From NCBI GenBank assembly GCA_040405695.1, contig JARVCL010000090.1, positions 1-41,764 of the forward strand: DNA of 41,764 nucleotides, written 5' to 3'. Each line of letters begins with the position of its first letter. Within the stretch, counting starts at the first letter, position 1. The position numbers and the translations under genes are program-made. Origin of the DNA: Halorubrum sp. (GTDB lineage: Archaea > Halobacteriota > Halobacteria > Halobacteriales > Haloferacaceae). Below the pieces are notes generated by a model. It worked only from the letters and a program-made list of their open reading frames with translations, was not told the origin of the DNA and searched no databases. Below, piece after piece: positions 8,176 to 18,782 of the stretch.

Positions 8176-10539
8176 ATGCCACGCGCATCCATCGTCTCGG
8201 TAAGTGGATACGATATCACCGATGACGTCGTGACGCTCCGATGTAACGTGGAGTATGACGACACGGCGGAGGTGGAAAAATACGAGCTCCCACGGACGGA
8301 CACCATCGTCTCGATCCGGTTCTACAACGCTACGACGTTCAGGTTCGAGCTCACGGCGGCACAGCAGCTGGACCACCAGGGCCTCGATCTCGACGAGGAC
8401 GCGATCACTGAACCGACGACGCTCGAAACGTCCGAGCGCGACGGACGTCTCGAGATCAGCACGGACGAGCTCCGCCTTCGGATCGGACTGGATTCGTGGA
8501 GCTTCGCCGTCAGTGCCGTCGATGGGACCGACCTGCTGGAGGAACAACAACGAGACGTGACGGCGAAACAGGAGGCTCGGACCGACTCGCTCGGGTTCAC
8601 GCTGGAGCGAGTCAACCGGTGGCCGTATCGCGTCGACTCAACGAGCGGATCGTTCACGTTGTACTCGGACGAACACGTCTACGGATTCGGCGAGAAGTTC
8701 ACCGAGTTCGACAAACGGGGCCAGCTGATCAACTCCTGGATCACACAGCCGAACGGCACGGAAACCGAGGACGCCTACAAGAACGTTCCATTTTTCCTCT
8801 CGACGCGTGGGTACGGGTTCCTCGCGGACACGTTTCAACGGACCGAGTTCGACATCGGACACTCCTCGACCATCTCCAAGGAGATCACCGTGGCCGATGA
8901 CTCCCTCTCGTTCGTCTTCTTTTATGGACCGTCGTTCAAGCGCGTTCTCCGGACGTACACCGCCTTGACCGGCCGTCCGGGTCAGGTCCCGAAGTGGAGC
9001 CTCGGCGTCTGGATGTCGCGACTCGGCTATCAGGATCGGGACGAGCTCGAGTCGGTCGCCGACGAGATCCGCTCGCGGTCGTTCCCGTGTGACGTCGTCC
9101 ACCTCGACCCGCCGTGGCTTCGTGACGGACATCTCTGTGATCTCGAATGGGACCACGAGAGCTTCCCCGACCCCGAAGGGATGATAGACGACCTCCACGA
9201 TCGGGGGTTCAAGCTCTGTCTGTGGGAGTATCCGTACCTCCTCTCGGAGACTGATGCCTTCGACGAGGCGCGTGAGAAGGGCTATCTGGTCACTTCCCCC
9301 ACCGGCGAGCCGTATCTCCTGTACCGGTTGAGCTGGGGTGATGACTTCGGTGGGATCATCGATCTCACGGATCCGGAAGCCCGCCGATGGTGGAAGGACA
9401 AACACGTACCACTCATCGAGATGGGTGTCGATGCGTTCAAAACGGACTTCGGCGAGTATCTTCCGGAGGACGCCGTGATGGCCGACGGACGTGCGGGGAA
9501 GGCGGTGCGCAACGAGTACTCACTGCTGTACACGAGCACGGTGTACGACGCGATGGCGGAGACGGGTGCCGACCCGCTGATCTGGGCACGTCCGGGATGG
9601 GCAGGGGGACAGCAGTACCCCGTCCACTGGGGTGGCGATCCGAACTCGACGTTCGAGTCGATGGGTGCCTCGCTTCGGGGTGGGCTGAGCCTCGCGCTCT
9701 CCGGATACGGGTTCTGGAGCTGTGACATCGGTGGTTTCCACGGGGAGCCGTCGACGGAGCTGTACGTTCGCTGGGCTCAGTTCGGACTACTCGGCTTGAG
9801 TCATGCCCGGTTCCATGGAACGACGCCCCGTGAGCCGTGGGCGTTCGGCGAGGAGGCGGCCGATATCGTTACTCGGTACGCACGGGAACGATATCGGCTT
9901 CTTCCGTACCTCCACCGCCTGTCAGTGGAGGCGACGGAGGACGGCATTCCCGTTCTCCGACCGCTCGTCCTGGAGTTCCAGTCCGACACGGCGGCGCACA
10001 CGAACGGGACCCAGTTGATGCTTGGCGAGGCACTGTTGGTCGCACCGGTGCTCTCCTCGACGCGGACGCTTGACGTCTACCTCCCGCCCGGGGAGTGGGT
10101 CGACCACTGGACTGAGGAGCGATACGACGGCGGAGCCACGATCACGGTCGACGTGCCGCTCGAAACGATGCCGGTGTTCCAGCGCGCAGGGACGATCGTC
10201 CCGACACGCGACCCGACGGAATGGGTCGATCAACGGCCCGCCGAGACGGTGATGCTTCGGACCGTGCTCGGTGCGGACGACACGGCCGCAGAAACGACGG
10301 TGTACGAGACCGATCCTAGGGGAGTAACCGTCACCGTCGACGGCAGCCCCGGATTGGATCGGATCGCGGTCACCATCGACGGGGAGGCGAGCGAGTTCGG
10401 TGCGACCGTCCGCGCCGTCGAACGACCGCCGGATCGGATCACCTGTAACGGCCGTTCATTGAGCCGCGTCACCGACGCGTCGGATGGCGGTCAGTGGAGC
10501 TACGACGAGGAAACGAAGACGATCACGGCGCTGTTCTAA
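8176..10539 (+). CDS. yicI: Glycoside hydrolase family 31, alpha-xylosidase (YicI-like)
   Basis: YGFGEKF, YKNVPF, nucleophile motif FKTDFGE, acid/base motif HWGGD, WSCDIGGF, RFHG...REPW; TATA-like GTATAAG about 28 bp upstream of ATG 8176. Confidence 0.85.
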   Translation: MPRASIVSVSGYDITDDVVTLRCNVEYDDTAEVEKYELPRTDTIVSIRFYNATTFRFELTAAQQLDHQGLDLDEDAITEPTTLETSERDGRLEISTDELRLRIGLDSWSFAVSAVDGTDLLEEQQRDVTAKQEARTDSLGFTLERVNRWPYRVDSTSGSFTLYSDEHVYGFGEKFTEFDKRGQLINSWITQPNGTETEDAYKNVPFFLSTRGYGFLADTFQRTEFDIGHSSTISKEITVADDSLSFVFFYGPSFKRVLRTYTALTGRPGQVPKWSLGVWMSRLGYQDRDELESVADEIRSRSFPCDVVHLDPPWLRDGHLCDLEWDHESFPDPEGMIDDLHDRGFKLCLWEYPYLLSETDAFDEAREKGYLVTSPTGEPYLLYRLSWGDDFGGIIDLTDPEARRWWKDKHVPLIEMGVDAFKTDFGEYLPEDAVMADGRAGKAVRNEYSLLYTSTVYDAMAETGADPLIWARPGWAGGQQYPVHWGGDPNSTFESMGASLRGGLSLALSGYGFWSCDIGGFHGEPSTELYVRWAQFGLLGLSHARFHGTTPREPWAFGEEAADIVTRYARERYRLLPYLHRLSVEATEDGIPVLRPLVLEFQSDTAAHTNGTQLMLGEALLVAPVLSSTRTLDVYLPPGEWVDHWTEERYDGGATITVDVPLETMPVFQRAGTIVPTRDPTEWVDQRPAETVMLRTVLGADDTAAETTVYETDPRGVTVTVDGSPGLDRIAVTIDGEASEFGATVRAVERPPDRITCNGRSLSRVTDASDGGQWSYDEETKTITALF

Positions 10540-10577
10540 TTGAAGCCGACCACGGCGGTGTTCTAATTGAAACCGAT
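10524..10577 (+). repeat. 27-bp tandem duplication including the GH31 stop codon
   Basis: cacggcgctgttctaattgaagccgac (10524-10550) versus cacggcggtgttctaattgaaaccgat (10551-10577); 24/27 identical. Confidence 0.88.
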
Positions 10578-10662
10578 ATGCGCCGTGAGCCGGGTTCTCG
10601 CACGTGGCATCACCACACACTGGGGAACGATTAAGTCCCCTGCTCGTGATCATTTCGTATCG

Positions 10663-11931
10663 ATGTCCGACCATTCAGACGACGACGAATACGTCATTCC
10701 GCCCGGAGGCGGCGTACCGTGGCGGGACCTGACGATGGAGGAGACCCTCCGTAGCCCCGACCGTGACGTGGAGATCACGGGAATCTCGCGGATCGTGATC
10801 CGGGGGAACTTCCCGTGGAGCCTCGTACGGGTCGAGACCGATGCCGGAGTCACCGGCATCGGTGAGACGTTCGTCGGCGAGGAATCGAGCGACACCGCTC
10901 GACGGCTGGAGGAGCTGCTCGTCGGCCAGAACCCGCTGGATATCGACCGGTTGATGGCCCACCTCGATCAGAACCGCGCCGGCACCGGTTCATTCGGGCG
11001 ATCGGCGTTTGCCGGGATCGAGATCGCGCTCTGGGATATCAAAGGAAAGCTACTCGATCTGCCGGTGTACGAGCTGCTGGGCGGCAAGTACCGCGACGAG
11101 GTACGGATCTACTGTGATACGCACGCCGGCGAGTCGCTCGGTCAAGCACAGAAGCGTGACCCGACCGAAGTGTACACGCCGGAAGCCTACGCGAACGCCG
11201 CTGCGGCGGTCGTCGAGGAGGGATTCACCGCGATCAAGTTCGATCTCGACGTCCCGACACACAGGGAAGTGGACACGGCAGCACGTCGGCTCGATAACGA
11301 GGCGATAGAACACAAGACGTCGCTGATAGCGGCGGTTCGCGATCGGATCGGATCTGATGTCGATCTGGCCGTCGATCTCCACTGGAACTTCACCGTCGAG
11401 TCGGCCATCCGGCTCGGCCGGAAGCTGGAGCCGTATGATCTTGCGTGGATCGAAGACCCTGTGCCGCCGGAGAAAACCGACGCACATCGTCGTGTGACAC
11501 AGGCGATCAGTACCCCTGTTTTAACGGGCGAGAACGTCACAACGCGCGAAGGGTTCCTGACGCTGCTCCGAAACGACGCTATGGATGTCGCCGCACCGGA
11601 CGTCAACAAGACCGGCGGACTCGCCGATCTTCAGCGCGTGGCGGACCTCTGTGATATGTACGGGATCCCGGTTGCACCACACAACATCTCGAGTCCCGTC
11701 GGAACGATCGCAGGCGTTCATCTCGCGGCCTCGATACCCAACTTCCTTGCGTTGGAGTACCACGCGCGGGACGTTCCGTGGTGGGGCGACCTCGTCGAGT
11801 GGGTCGGACGCGACGGGCCCGTCATCGAGGACGGATTTGTGGCCGTTCCGGACGCGCCGGGATTAGGGATTGAGCTCGATGAGGAGGTCGTCGAGAAGAC
11901 GGCAACCGACGAGTTCGACGGATGGGAGTGA
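10663..11931 (+). CDS. xacD: D-xylonate dehydratase-like sugar-acid dehydratase (mandelate racemase subgroup)
   Basis: GNFPW, NPLDIDRL, GGKYRDEVRIYCD, IKFDLDVP, EDPVPPE, HNISSPVGT and LEYH are colinear with Haloferax xylonate dehydratase as recalled; GATTAAG about 30 bp upstream of ATG 10663. Confidence 0.75.
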   Translation: MSDHSDDDEYVIPPGGGVPWRDLTMEETLRSPDRDVEITGISRIVIRGNFPWSLVRVETDAGVTGIGETFVGEESSDTARRLEELLVGQNPLDIDRLMAHLDQNRAGTGSFGRSAFAGIEIALWDIKGKLLDLPVYELLGGKYRDEVRIYCDTHAGESLGQAQKRDPTEVYTPEAYANAAAAVVEEGFTAIKFDLDVPTHREVDTAARRLDNEAIEHKTSLIAAVRDRIGSDVDLAVDLHWNFTVESAIRLGRKLEPYDLAWIEDPVPPEKTDAHRRVTQAISTPVLTGENVTTREGFLTLLRNDAMDVAAPDVNKTGGLADLQRVADLCDMYGIPVAPHNISSPVGTIAGVHLAASIPNFLALEYHARDVPWWGDLVEWVGRDGPVIEDGFVAVPDAPGLGIELDEEVVEKTATDEFDGWE

Positions 11932-11972
11932 CGGATCGCCTGTGACACCGTGCGGGCGATATCGTCCCGTGA

Positions 11973-12860
11973 TCACTCGTGGCGACAAGGGTTCCGTACG
12001 GTTCCGATCCCCTCGACGCCCACGGTCACCGTGTCACCGTCACCCAACAGTATCTGCGGATCCCTGAACACGCCGACGCCCGGAGGCGTCCCCGTCAGAA
12101 TGAGATCACCCGGCGAGAGGGTGAACGCGTCGCTCGCGAACGAGACGAGCTCCGGAACACCACGGATCAGGTCCGATGTCGTGGAATCCTGTACGCGTTC
12201 CCCGTTGACCTCCGCCCACAACTGTAGGTCGTGTGGGTCGTTGATGTCGTCCAGCGTGACGAGTTCCGGGCCGAGCGGGCAGAACGTGTCCAGGCTCTTT
12301 CCTCGTACCCACTGGTCGTCGTTGAACTGCAGATCCCGTGCCGAAACGTCGTTCGAGACGGTCAGTCCGGCGACTACGTCCAATGCGTTCTCGGCGGACA
12401 CGCGGCGTGTCTCCTCGCCGATCACGGCTGCGAGCTCGACTTCGTAGTCCACCTCGTTCGTGTATGACGGATCCCACGTGATCGGCTCCTCGGGGCCGAT
12501 GATCGAGCTCGGATACTTCGAGAACAGAAGCGGTTCGTCGGGGATCTCTTGATCTCCCTCCTCCGCGTGTTCAGCGTAGTTCAGTCCAACACAGATGATC
12601 TTCTCGGGATCTCCTATGGGTGCGTTCGTTGTCACGTTCTCGACGTCATAGGTCCACGATCCGGCGTCGCTGCCGTGGTCGGCGACGACTTCTGACAGCG
12701 CTTTCCATCGCGGGTTCTCGAGAAGTGCTCGGGTGTTCGATGGAAGATCGACGCCGATCGATCGTCCTGCTTGTTCCAGATCAATGATCTTGTCGGGGGC
12801 CGTGTGAACGCCGACCCGCGGGGTCTTTCCATCCGGCGGAGTGAACTGTCGTATTCGCAT
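11973..12860 (-). CDS. Fumarylacetoacetate hydrolase family protein (candidate 2-keto-3-deoxy-sugar-acid dehydratase/hydrolase)
   Basis: KIICVGLNY, FSK, DYEVEL, NDVSARD, GKSLDTFCPLGP, GDLILTGTP. Confidence 0.88.
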   Translation of the reverse strand: MRIRQFTPPDGKTPRVGVHTAPDKIIDLEQAGRSIGVDLPSNTRALLENPRWKALSEVVADHGSDAGSWTYDVENVTTNAPIGDPEKIICVGLNYAEHAEEGDQEIPDEPLLFSKYPSSIIGPEEPITWDPSYTNEVDYEVELAAVIGEETRRVSAENALDVVAGLTVSNDVSARDLQFNDDQWVRGKSLDTFCPLGPELVTLDDINDPHDLQLWAEVNGERVQDSTTSDLIRGVPELVSFASDAFTLSPGDLILTGTPPGVGVFRDPQILLGDGDTVTVGVEGIGTVRNPCRHE

Positions 12861-12956
12861 GCGTCTTAGTCGTTACTGGGGGGATATTTCAATCTTCGTG
12901 CGATCGTCCGCCGGCCCCGTGTCGGACGTGGGATCGTCAGCCTCGACCGCCTCCGC

Positions 12957-14081
12957 TCACTCCGATACTTTTGCTTTCGCCACTGCGTCCCAGTCGATCT
13001 CTACACCCAACCCGGGTTCTTTCGGTGGTTCGATCTTCCCGTTCTCTGGACGAAGCGTCTCAGTCAGGAAGAAGTCGCGTGCGGCCGGAGTAAACGGCGG
13101 CTCGTGAGGGAACTCACACCAATCCGTCTCCGTCGCCGCCATCACGTGGAGGTTGGCGGCCAGTCCCAGCCCGTTCGACCAGGTGTGTGGCGCGAACTCC
13201 AACCCCTCCGCACGAGCCCAATCACCGACCGTCTTCCCCCGTCTGATACCGGTCGCGAACAGCGCATCAGGTTGGAGCACGTCGAGTGATCCGTGCTTGA
13301 GGTACGCCTGAAGCGGCTCGATCCCGTTTACCGACTCCCCACCAGCGATCGGGATCGATGTCGAGCGTCGGAGTTCGGCGAGCCGTTCGTACTCGTGCAT
13401 TCCGAGCGGCTCCTCAAGCCAGCCGATCGGCTCGAGCGATTCGAGCTCACGGGCGACGCGTAGCGCTTCCTTTGCGGTCCATCGAACCGGTTCGCCGCCG
13501 AAGCGCATACTCCAACCCATGTTCGCGTCGACCATGAGGGTGAGTTCTGGGAATTCCTCCCGGACATATCTCGCGACCTGCAGATCGTCTTTGATGTTCT
13601 CCGACTGGAATCGAAGCTTTACTGCCTCGTATCCTTCATTTACCCGTTGTTCGACGTACGTCACTCGATCCTCCGCGGGCTTACATTCCCCCGTACTCGA
13701 ATATACTGGAATCGGATCGGCGTCGCCGCCGAGCAGTCGGTACACAGGCGCACCGAGGTGCTTCCCGAGGATATCCCACATCGCGAGCTCGAGGTGCCAC
13801 GCATCGGCACCGAGGAAATCGATCGTGTCCAACTTCCGGAGGATCGACTCGATCTCTCGCGGGTCTTCCCCTTTGAGCACGGCCTCGTAGCCGTCCGCGA
13901 TATCGAGCCCACCTCCAGGAAACGAGGGCATCGCAGTGTATCCGGTGATGTCTTCGTCAGTGTGAACCGCGAACAGGTCCACCTCGTGGGAGGTTGATCG
14001 GGAGCCTGGTGTCCATGCGGGTGCCCACGAACCGTCGAGCTCGTGCACGAGGTGATGCCGTTCAATGCTAACGATCTCCAT
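12957..14081 (-). CDS. Enolase superfamily, mandelate racemase subgroup (sugar-acid dehydratase-like)
   Basis: WDILGK, KLR, DAN / EEP / GES metal ligands, QPD, PH, EFP, PGLG; likely start MEIVS at 14081. Confidence 0.85.
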   Translation of the reverse strand: MEIVSIERHHLVHELDGSWAPAWTPGSRSTSHEVDLFAVHTDEDITGYTAMPSFPGGGLDIADGYEAVLKGEDPREIESILRKLDTIDFLGADAWHLELAMWDILGKHLGAPVYRLLGGDADPIPVYSSTGECKPAEDRVTYVEQRVNEGYEAVKLRFQSENIKDDLQVARYVREEFPELTLMVDANMGWSMRFGGEPVRWTAKEALRVARELESLEPIGWLEEPLGMHEYERLAELRRSTSIPIAGGESVNGIEPLQAYLKHGSLDVLQPDALFATGIRRGKTVGDWARAEGLEFAPHTWSNGLGLAANLHVMAATETDWCEFPHEPPFTPAARDFFLTETLRPENGKIEPPKEPGLGVEIDWDAVAKAKVSE

Positions 14082-14296
14082 GAGACGTACGTTGGCGGCA
14101 GGACAAGTAAATGTACGGTACACGCTGACGACGTTCGGAGCCGCAACTTCGTGAGGCGGTCACGTCAGCAGGAACAGATCAGGCGTGTTGGACATCGTTC
14201 TTCGGGGCGTTTGTGTGCCGTATCGGCACGTGAGGTGACCGTAGGTCCGTGTTCGAGCCACGACGTGCACCGCCGAAACGGTGAATCGGACCGGAG

Positions 14297-15379
14297 TCAC
14301 CAGGAAGTGATCGTGACGTCTTCAAGTGGCCGATCGAGCGGGATCGGGACGTGTCCACCCGAGTAATCGGAGACGTATAGGCCGACGATTATCTCCAGCG
14401 ATCGGAGCGCGTCCTCACCGCTGGATCGATTCGTCTCCGCCCCGTCCACCAGTTCGTTGACGTGTTCGACCGCGGTCGCGAACCCGTTCGCGTACTCGTC
14501 GGGGGACGGATCGACGTCGGGGAGCGGACGCTTGGTATGGCCGCCGTCCTCCAGATCCCAGTACTCCCATTGTCCTTGAGAGATGTCGATCGCGATCCGT
14601 CCGTCCGTCCCGATGAGGTGGTAGACGTACGCGGAGATGTCACGGGAGACGGTGCAATCGATCATCCCGAACGTCCCGTCGTCGAACACCACGTGGCCGC
14701 CGCCGCCCGAGTCGTCCACGGTCTCGTTCGCACCGAGCGCGGCCACCGCATCGTTTTCACCGTTGAGATAGCCGCTCACCTGCGTCGCTCTCGCGTCGGT
14801 CAGATAGATCATGGTATCGAGGACGTGCGTCGAGTTTCGCAGGAGCTCCCGCCGAAAGAGGCCCGTTATCGATCGGATCTCGCCGATGAGTCCCTCCCGA
14901 ACGTGTCGGTGTACCGTGGACATGCTGTCGGTGAACCGTGACGTGTGGTTGATCACCAGATCGGTGTCCTCTCGATCACAGACGTCGATCATCTCCTTGG
15001 CGTCGCTGACGCTGGAGGCGATCGGCTTCTCACACCAGATGACTTCCGGGTCGCCGATCTCGGCGGAGTCCACGACGTGGTCGTGATGGAGAAACGTGGG
15101 CGTGGCAACGGAGACGACGTCGAGGTCTTCCGACCGAAGCATCTCCTCGTGCCCGACGTATCGTCGCTCCGGATCGATGTCCCACACGTCGCCGAACGTG
15201 TCCAGCTTCTCCTCGTCGATGTCCGCGACGGCGACCAGATCGATCGAATCGTTCGCCGCGTATCCTCCCGCGTGACTGGCGTCTACCGGTTTTTTTCCGA
15301 TGTCGTCCTCGTCGTGAACGCCGAGGAGTCCGAGTCCGGCGACGCCACCTGTTCCGATGATGCCTGCTGTTCGCGCCAT
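14297..15379 (-). CDS. Gfo/Idh/MocA family oxidoreductase
   Basis: GIIGTG, HAGGY, SVATPTFLH, CEKP, NHTSRF. Confidence 0.88.
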   Translation of the reverse strand: MARTAGIIGTGGVAGLGLLGVHDEDDIGKKPVDASHAGGYAANDSIDLVAVADIDEEKLDTFGDVWDIDPERRYVGHEEMLRSEDLDVVSVATPTFLHHDHVVDSAEIGDPEVIWCEKPIASSVSDAKEMIDVCDREDTDLVINHTSRFTDSMSTVHRHVREGLIGEIRSITGLFRRELLRNSTHVLDTMIYLTDARATQVSGYLNGENDAVAALGANETVDDSGGGGHVVFDDGTFGMIDCTVSRDISAYVYHLIGTDGRIAIDISQGQWEYWDLEDGGHTKRPLPDVDPSPDEYANGFATAVEHVNELVDGAETNRSSGEDALRSLEIIVGLYVSDYSGGHVPIPLDRPLEDVTITSW

Positions 15380-15496
15380 GTCTCGTACTACTATGGACTT
15401 TACTTAAATCAGGGGGTGCCGACCGCCGTGCTCGGTCGGGACCGACCCGGCTCGAAACACCGTAGTGGACGGAAGCAGTGAATACGGATATGTAGG

Positions 15497-15526
15497 TCAC
15501 AATATATTATTAAGGAAAGTCTTAAA
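15497..15526 (+). promoter_or_regulatory. AT-rich promoter of the sugar ABC operon: candidate operator plus TATA box
   Basis: ACAATATATT at 15499-15508, then CTTAAAT about 28 bp upstream of ATG 15551. Confidence 0.5.
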
Positions 15527-15550
15527 TCGTATGCTGGACATGGGTATAAC

Positions 15551-16894
15551 ATGTCATCCCGTACCACGGACGGCTCTCGGCCGATATCGAGAAGACAAAT
15601 GCTCATCGGCTCCTCAGTAGCAGGGGGAGTAGCGCTCGCCGGCTGCTTGGGTGAGGATGATGTCAGCGAAGACGATCTCCCGGGCGCTATCACCTTCCTA
15701 CACTCGGAAACCGCGGACGAACGTCGGGCCGTGTTCAACGATCCGCTCGGTGTAGAGTACGAGGAGGAAACTGGAGTCGAAATGAACCAACGGGTCATTC
15801 AGGAGGCGGACTACGCCCAAGAGATCACGACGGCGGTCGCCTCCGACACGCTTCCGGACGTCGGATCCATCTCCAACGACGTCGTGTTGGCGGCTCGTGA
15901 GGCGATCGATCCGGCCACCGAACTCGTCGAGGAGATCGGCGAGGACCGCTTTTATGACAAGGTCCTGGACCTGACTCGTCTCCCCGACGGCAGCTATTCC
16001 GGAGTGCCGCTCCGCGCGTGGCCGCAGCTAACCATTGCACGCCAGTCTGCGTTCGACGAGATCGGTATGGACGCGCCACAGACGTGGAACGACTGGCTGG
16101 ACGCGGCGGAAGAGTTCCACGACCCCGATAACAACGAGTACGGCTGTCTCGTCGGAACGGCAGTGGACCAGTACACGCGGCAGTGTTTCGCCGGGTTCGC
16201 GCTCTCGAACAACGCGCGTGTCTTCGACGAGGACGGAAACATCATCTTCGATAGCGACGAGATGATCGAGGCGCTTGAGGTGTACGGCGAGCTCGCACAG
16301 TACACGCCGCCGGGAGACACGGACTCGAGCACGATCGGCGAGGTGTACGACGCCGGAAACGCAAACCTGTACTCCGGGAACGCGTACAGCCTCTACTTCA
16401 ACTCGCTCGGCCTCGAGGAGGGCGAGATGCTCGGCGAGTACCACGAGCCGGCTATCGAGGAAGACCGGGCCGCGACGTACGGCCAGGTCGAGGTCCTGAG
16501 CACCTTCACGGACAAAACTGCGGGCGAGCGTCAGGCCGCGGAGGACTGGATCCGGCTGCTGATGGGTGAGTTCGACATCTCACACCATATTCAGTACCTC
16601 CACATGCAGGTCGGCGGGTTCCAGCCGGTGCTGCCGGAGATCCCCGAGATGGAGGAGTACCGTGATAACGACATCATCTCCCATTGGCCCGACGAACTGA
16701 TCGACGAGACCCTGCCGGAAGCCCAACGATCGATCGAGCAGTTCGGCTTCCGCGACGGCACGGTGTTCCCCGAGATCGGTCCGATCGTCGGCAACTTCGA
16801 CATCGCACAGGCGGTGAGCGACGTCATCGACGGAGAGGACCCCAGAACCGTTGCCGAGGAAGCGGCAGACCGCATGCGGGACCGGATCGACTAA
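15551..16894 (+). CDS. Sugar ABC transporter substrate-binding lipoprotein (Tat-exported)
   Basis: SRRQML twin-arginine signal, LAGC lipobox, PQTWND motif, very acidic sequence. Confidence 0.9.
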   Translation: MSSRTTDGSRPISRRQMLIGSSVAGGVALAGCLGEDDVSEDDLPGAITFLHSETADERRAVFNDPLGVEYEEETGVEMNQRVIQEADYAQEITTAVASDTLPDVGSISNDVVLAAREAIDPATELVEEIGEDRFYDKVLDLTRLPDGSYSGVPLRAWPQLTIARQSAFDEIGMDAPQTWNDWLDAAEEFHDPDNNEYGCLVGTAVDQYTRQCFAGFALSNNARVFDEDGNIIFDSDEMIEALEVYGELAQYTPPGDTDSSTIGEVYDAGNANLYSGNAYSLYFNSLGLEEGEMLGEYHEPAIEEDRAATYGQVEVLSTFTDKTAGERQAAEDWIRLLMGEFDISHHIQYLHMQVGGFQPVLPEIPEMEEYRDNDIISHWPDELIDETLPEAQRSIEQFGFRDGTVFPEIGPIVGNFDIAQAVSDVIDGEDPRTVAEEAADRMRDRID

Positions 16895-16922
16895 TTCATC
16901 AGCCAGACTCCCCACTCATCGA

Positions 16923-17813
16923 ATGGCTATTATTGGATCAGTAAAACAGCGCTACGAGGACCTCTCGCTGCGTCAAAAGGAGATTGCGCTCGGGTACGCA
17001 CTCATCGCTCCATCGGTCATTCTGGTCGCGATCACGCTCGTGTACCCGCTTTTATACAACTTCTATCTCAGCTTCACCGACGTTCCGCTCACGCCCGCGG
17101 AGTCCCCGACGTGGGTCGGTACGGAGCACTACGTGACACTGCTCACCGATCCCGAATTCTACGAGGCGACGTTTAATACGCTCGTCTTCGCGTTCTTTAG
17201 TACCGCTGGCTCCGTCGTGCTTGGATTGTTTGTCGCGATGCTGTTCTCGAAGGACTTCTTCGCACAGAAACTCGCGCGCGGGCTCGTGCTTCTCCCGTAC
17301 GTCGCACCGACTATCGCCGCCGCGTTCATGTGGCGGTGGATCTGGGATCCGGCGTTCGGGATCGCGCCGTTCTACCTTGGAGATATCATCGCGATATTCA
17401 CCGACAGGGTGGATCTCAGAAATACGCTCGGGATGGTTATTGCCTATGAGACGTGGCGATACTTCCCGTTCACCTTCCTCATCATTCTCGCCCGGCTCCA
17501 GTCCATCCCAGAGGAACTATACGAGGCGGCCGAGGTTGACGGCGCAAGCCGCTTTGCCAAGTTCAAGGACATCACGCTTCCGGAGGTGAAGTTCGTCATG
17601 GCGACCGTGTTCCTGCTTCGTTGGATCTGGAACTTCAACTCCTTTGCGAGCGTGTGGCTGTTCACCCGGGAAGTTCCGATTCTCGGCGTGTTCGTGTATC
17701 AGACCGGTTTCGCACAGTTCGAACAGGGGTACGCAGCCGCCGTGTCGATGATCATGCTGGCGTTCCTCGCTGTGTTCTTGACCATCTATGTTAAGTGGGC
17801 GCTCGACTGGTAA
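16923..17813 (+). CDS. Carbohydrate ABC transporter permease
   Basis: Multiple hydrophobic helices; EAA loop LQSIPEELYEAAEVDGAS. Confidence 0.92.
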   Translation: MAIIGSVKQRYEDLSLRQKEIALGYALIAPSVILVAITLVYPLLYNFYLSFTDVPLTPAESPTWVGTEHYVTLLTDPEFYEATFNTLVFAFFSTAGSVVLGLFVAMLFSKDFFAQKLARGLVLLPYVAPTIAAAFMWRWIWDPAFGIAPFYLGDIIAIFTDRVDLRNTLGMVIAYETWRYFPFTFLIILARLQSIPEELYEAAEVDGASRFAKFKDITLPEVKFVMATVFLLRWIWNFNSFASVWLFTREVPILGVFVYQTGFAQFEQGYAAAVSMIMLAFLAVFLTIYVKWALDW

Positions 17814-17815
17814 TC

Positions 17816-18757
17816 ATGAGTAAGAAATCAGACGACACCGACGTACGCTCCGAACTCCGGATAGCGGTCTCCGAGAGCATCCGAACGACGAAGCGGGTGT
17901 ATTCGAACGTTTTCCGACGGTCGACGATAGAAGCCGGACTGTTAGAGAAGATAGTTCTCTATCTCCTCGTCGGGCTCGTCATGTTCATCTCGTTGTTCCC
18001 GTACTACTGGATGTTCGTCACGAGCGTCGCGCCACCGGAAGTACTGTACAGTCCACCACCGTCGTTGATCCCGGAAGAGGTTTCATTGGACACATATCGA
18101 CAGTTGTTCGCCGCAGAGATCACCTTCGTGACGTACTTCATCAACAGTCTCTTCGTTGCGACCGTCTCGTCGGCGCTGGCAGTTGGTATCGCGACGTTCG
18201 GTGCCTACAGCTTCGCCCGACTGGAGTACCCAGGTCGGTCGCTCCTCTCCCGTGGAGTGTTAGGTTCGTACATGATATCGGGGATCCTGATGGTGGTCCC
18301 GATATTCCAGATCGTCGTCTGGCTCGGCTTGGTGGACACGTTGACGAGTCTCATCGCAACGCATTTCATTTTCACCATTCCGTTGGGCCTGTATCTCCTC
18401 GGGAACTACTTCCGCTCGATCCCACATGAGATCGAGGAGGCGGCGATGATCGACGGCTACTCTCGATTCGAAGTGATCACGCGGATCACCGTCCCGATGA
18501 GCATTCCCGCGATCATCGCCGTGTACCTGTACTCGTTCATGTTGTCGTGGAACGAGTATCTGTACGCGGTTATCTTCATCCAGAGCCAGGAGAAGTACAC
18601 CCTCCCCATTGGGATCGAGTTCCTCCAGTTCGAGTTCGACTTCGTCTGGGGGGAGGTGATGGCGGCATCGCTGCTCATGACGATCCCGATAATCATCATG
18701 TTCCTCTATCTTGAGGAGTACATGGTTGAGGGACTGGATTTCGGCTCGATGGATTAA
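17816..18757 (+). CDS. Carbohydrate ABC transporter permease
   Basis: EAA loop IPHEIEEAAMIDG, WNEYL, TLPIGI. Confidence 0.92.
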   Translation: MSKKSDDTDVRSELRIAVSESIRTTKRVYSNVFRRSTIEAGLLEKIVLYLLVGLVMFISLFPYYWMFVTSVAPPEVLYSPPPSLIPEEVSLDTYRQLFAAEITFVTYFINSLFVATVSSALAVGIATFGAYSFARLEYPGRSLLSRGVLGSYMISGILMVVPIFQIVVWLGLVDTLTSLIATHFIFTIPLGLYLLGNYFRSIPHEIEEAAMIDGYSRFEVITRITVPMSIPAIIAVYLYSFMLSWNEYLYAVIFIQSQEKYTLPIGIEFLQFEFDFVWGEVMAASLLMTIPIIIMFLYLEEYMVEGLDFGSMD

Positions 18758-18782
18758 AATCGACGGCATTAGACCACTTTCC

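Noticed and set aside
8176-10539. GH31 as a sulfoquinovosidase, suggested by DFGEYLP and a sulfonate-type ABC transporter nearby
   Set aside because: The nucleophile motif is FKTDFGE and the acid/base motif is HWGGD, both YicI-like, not the WMADFGE/WAGD type. The neighbouring genes are xylose-pathway genes.
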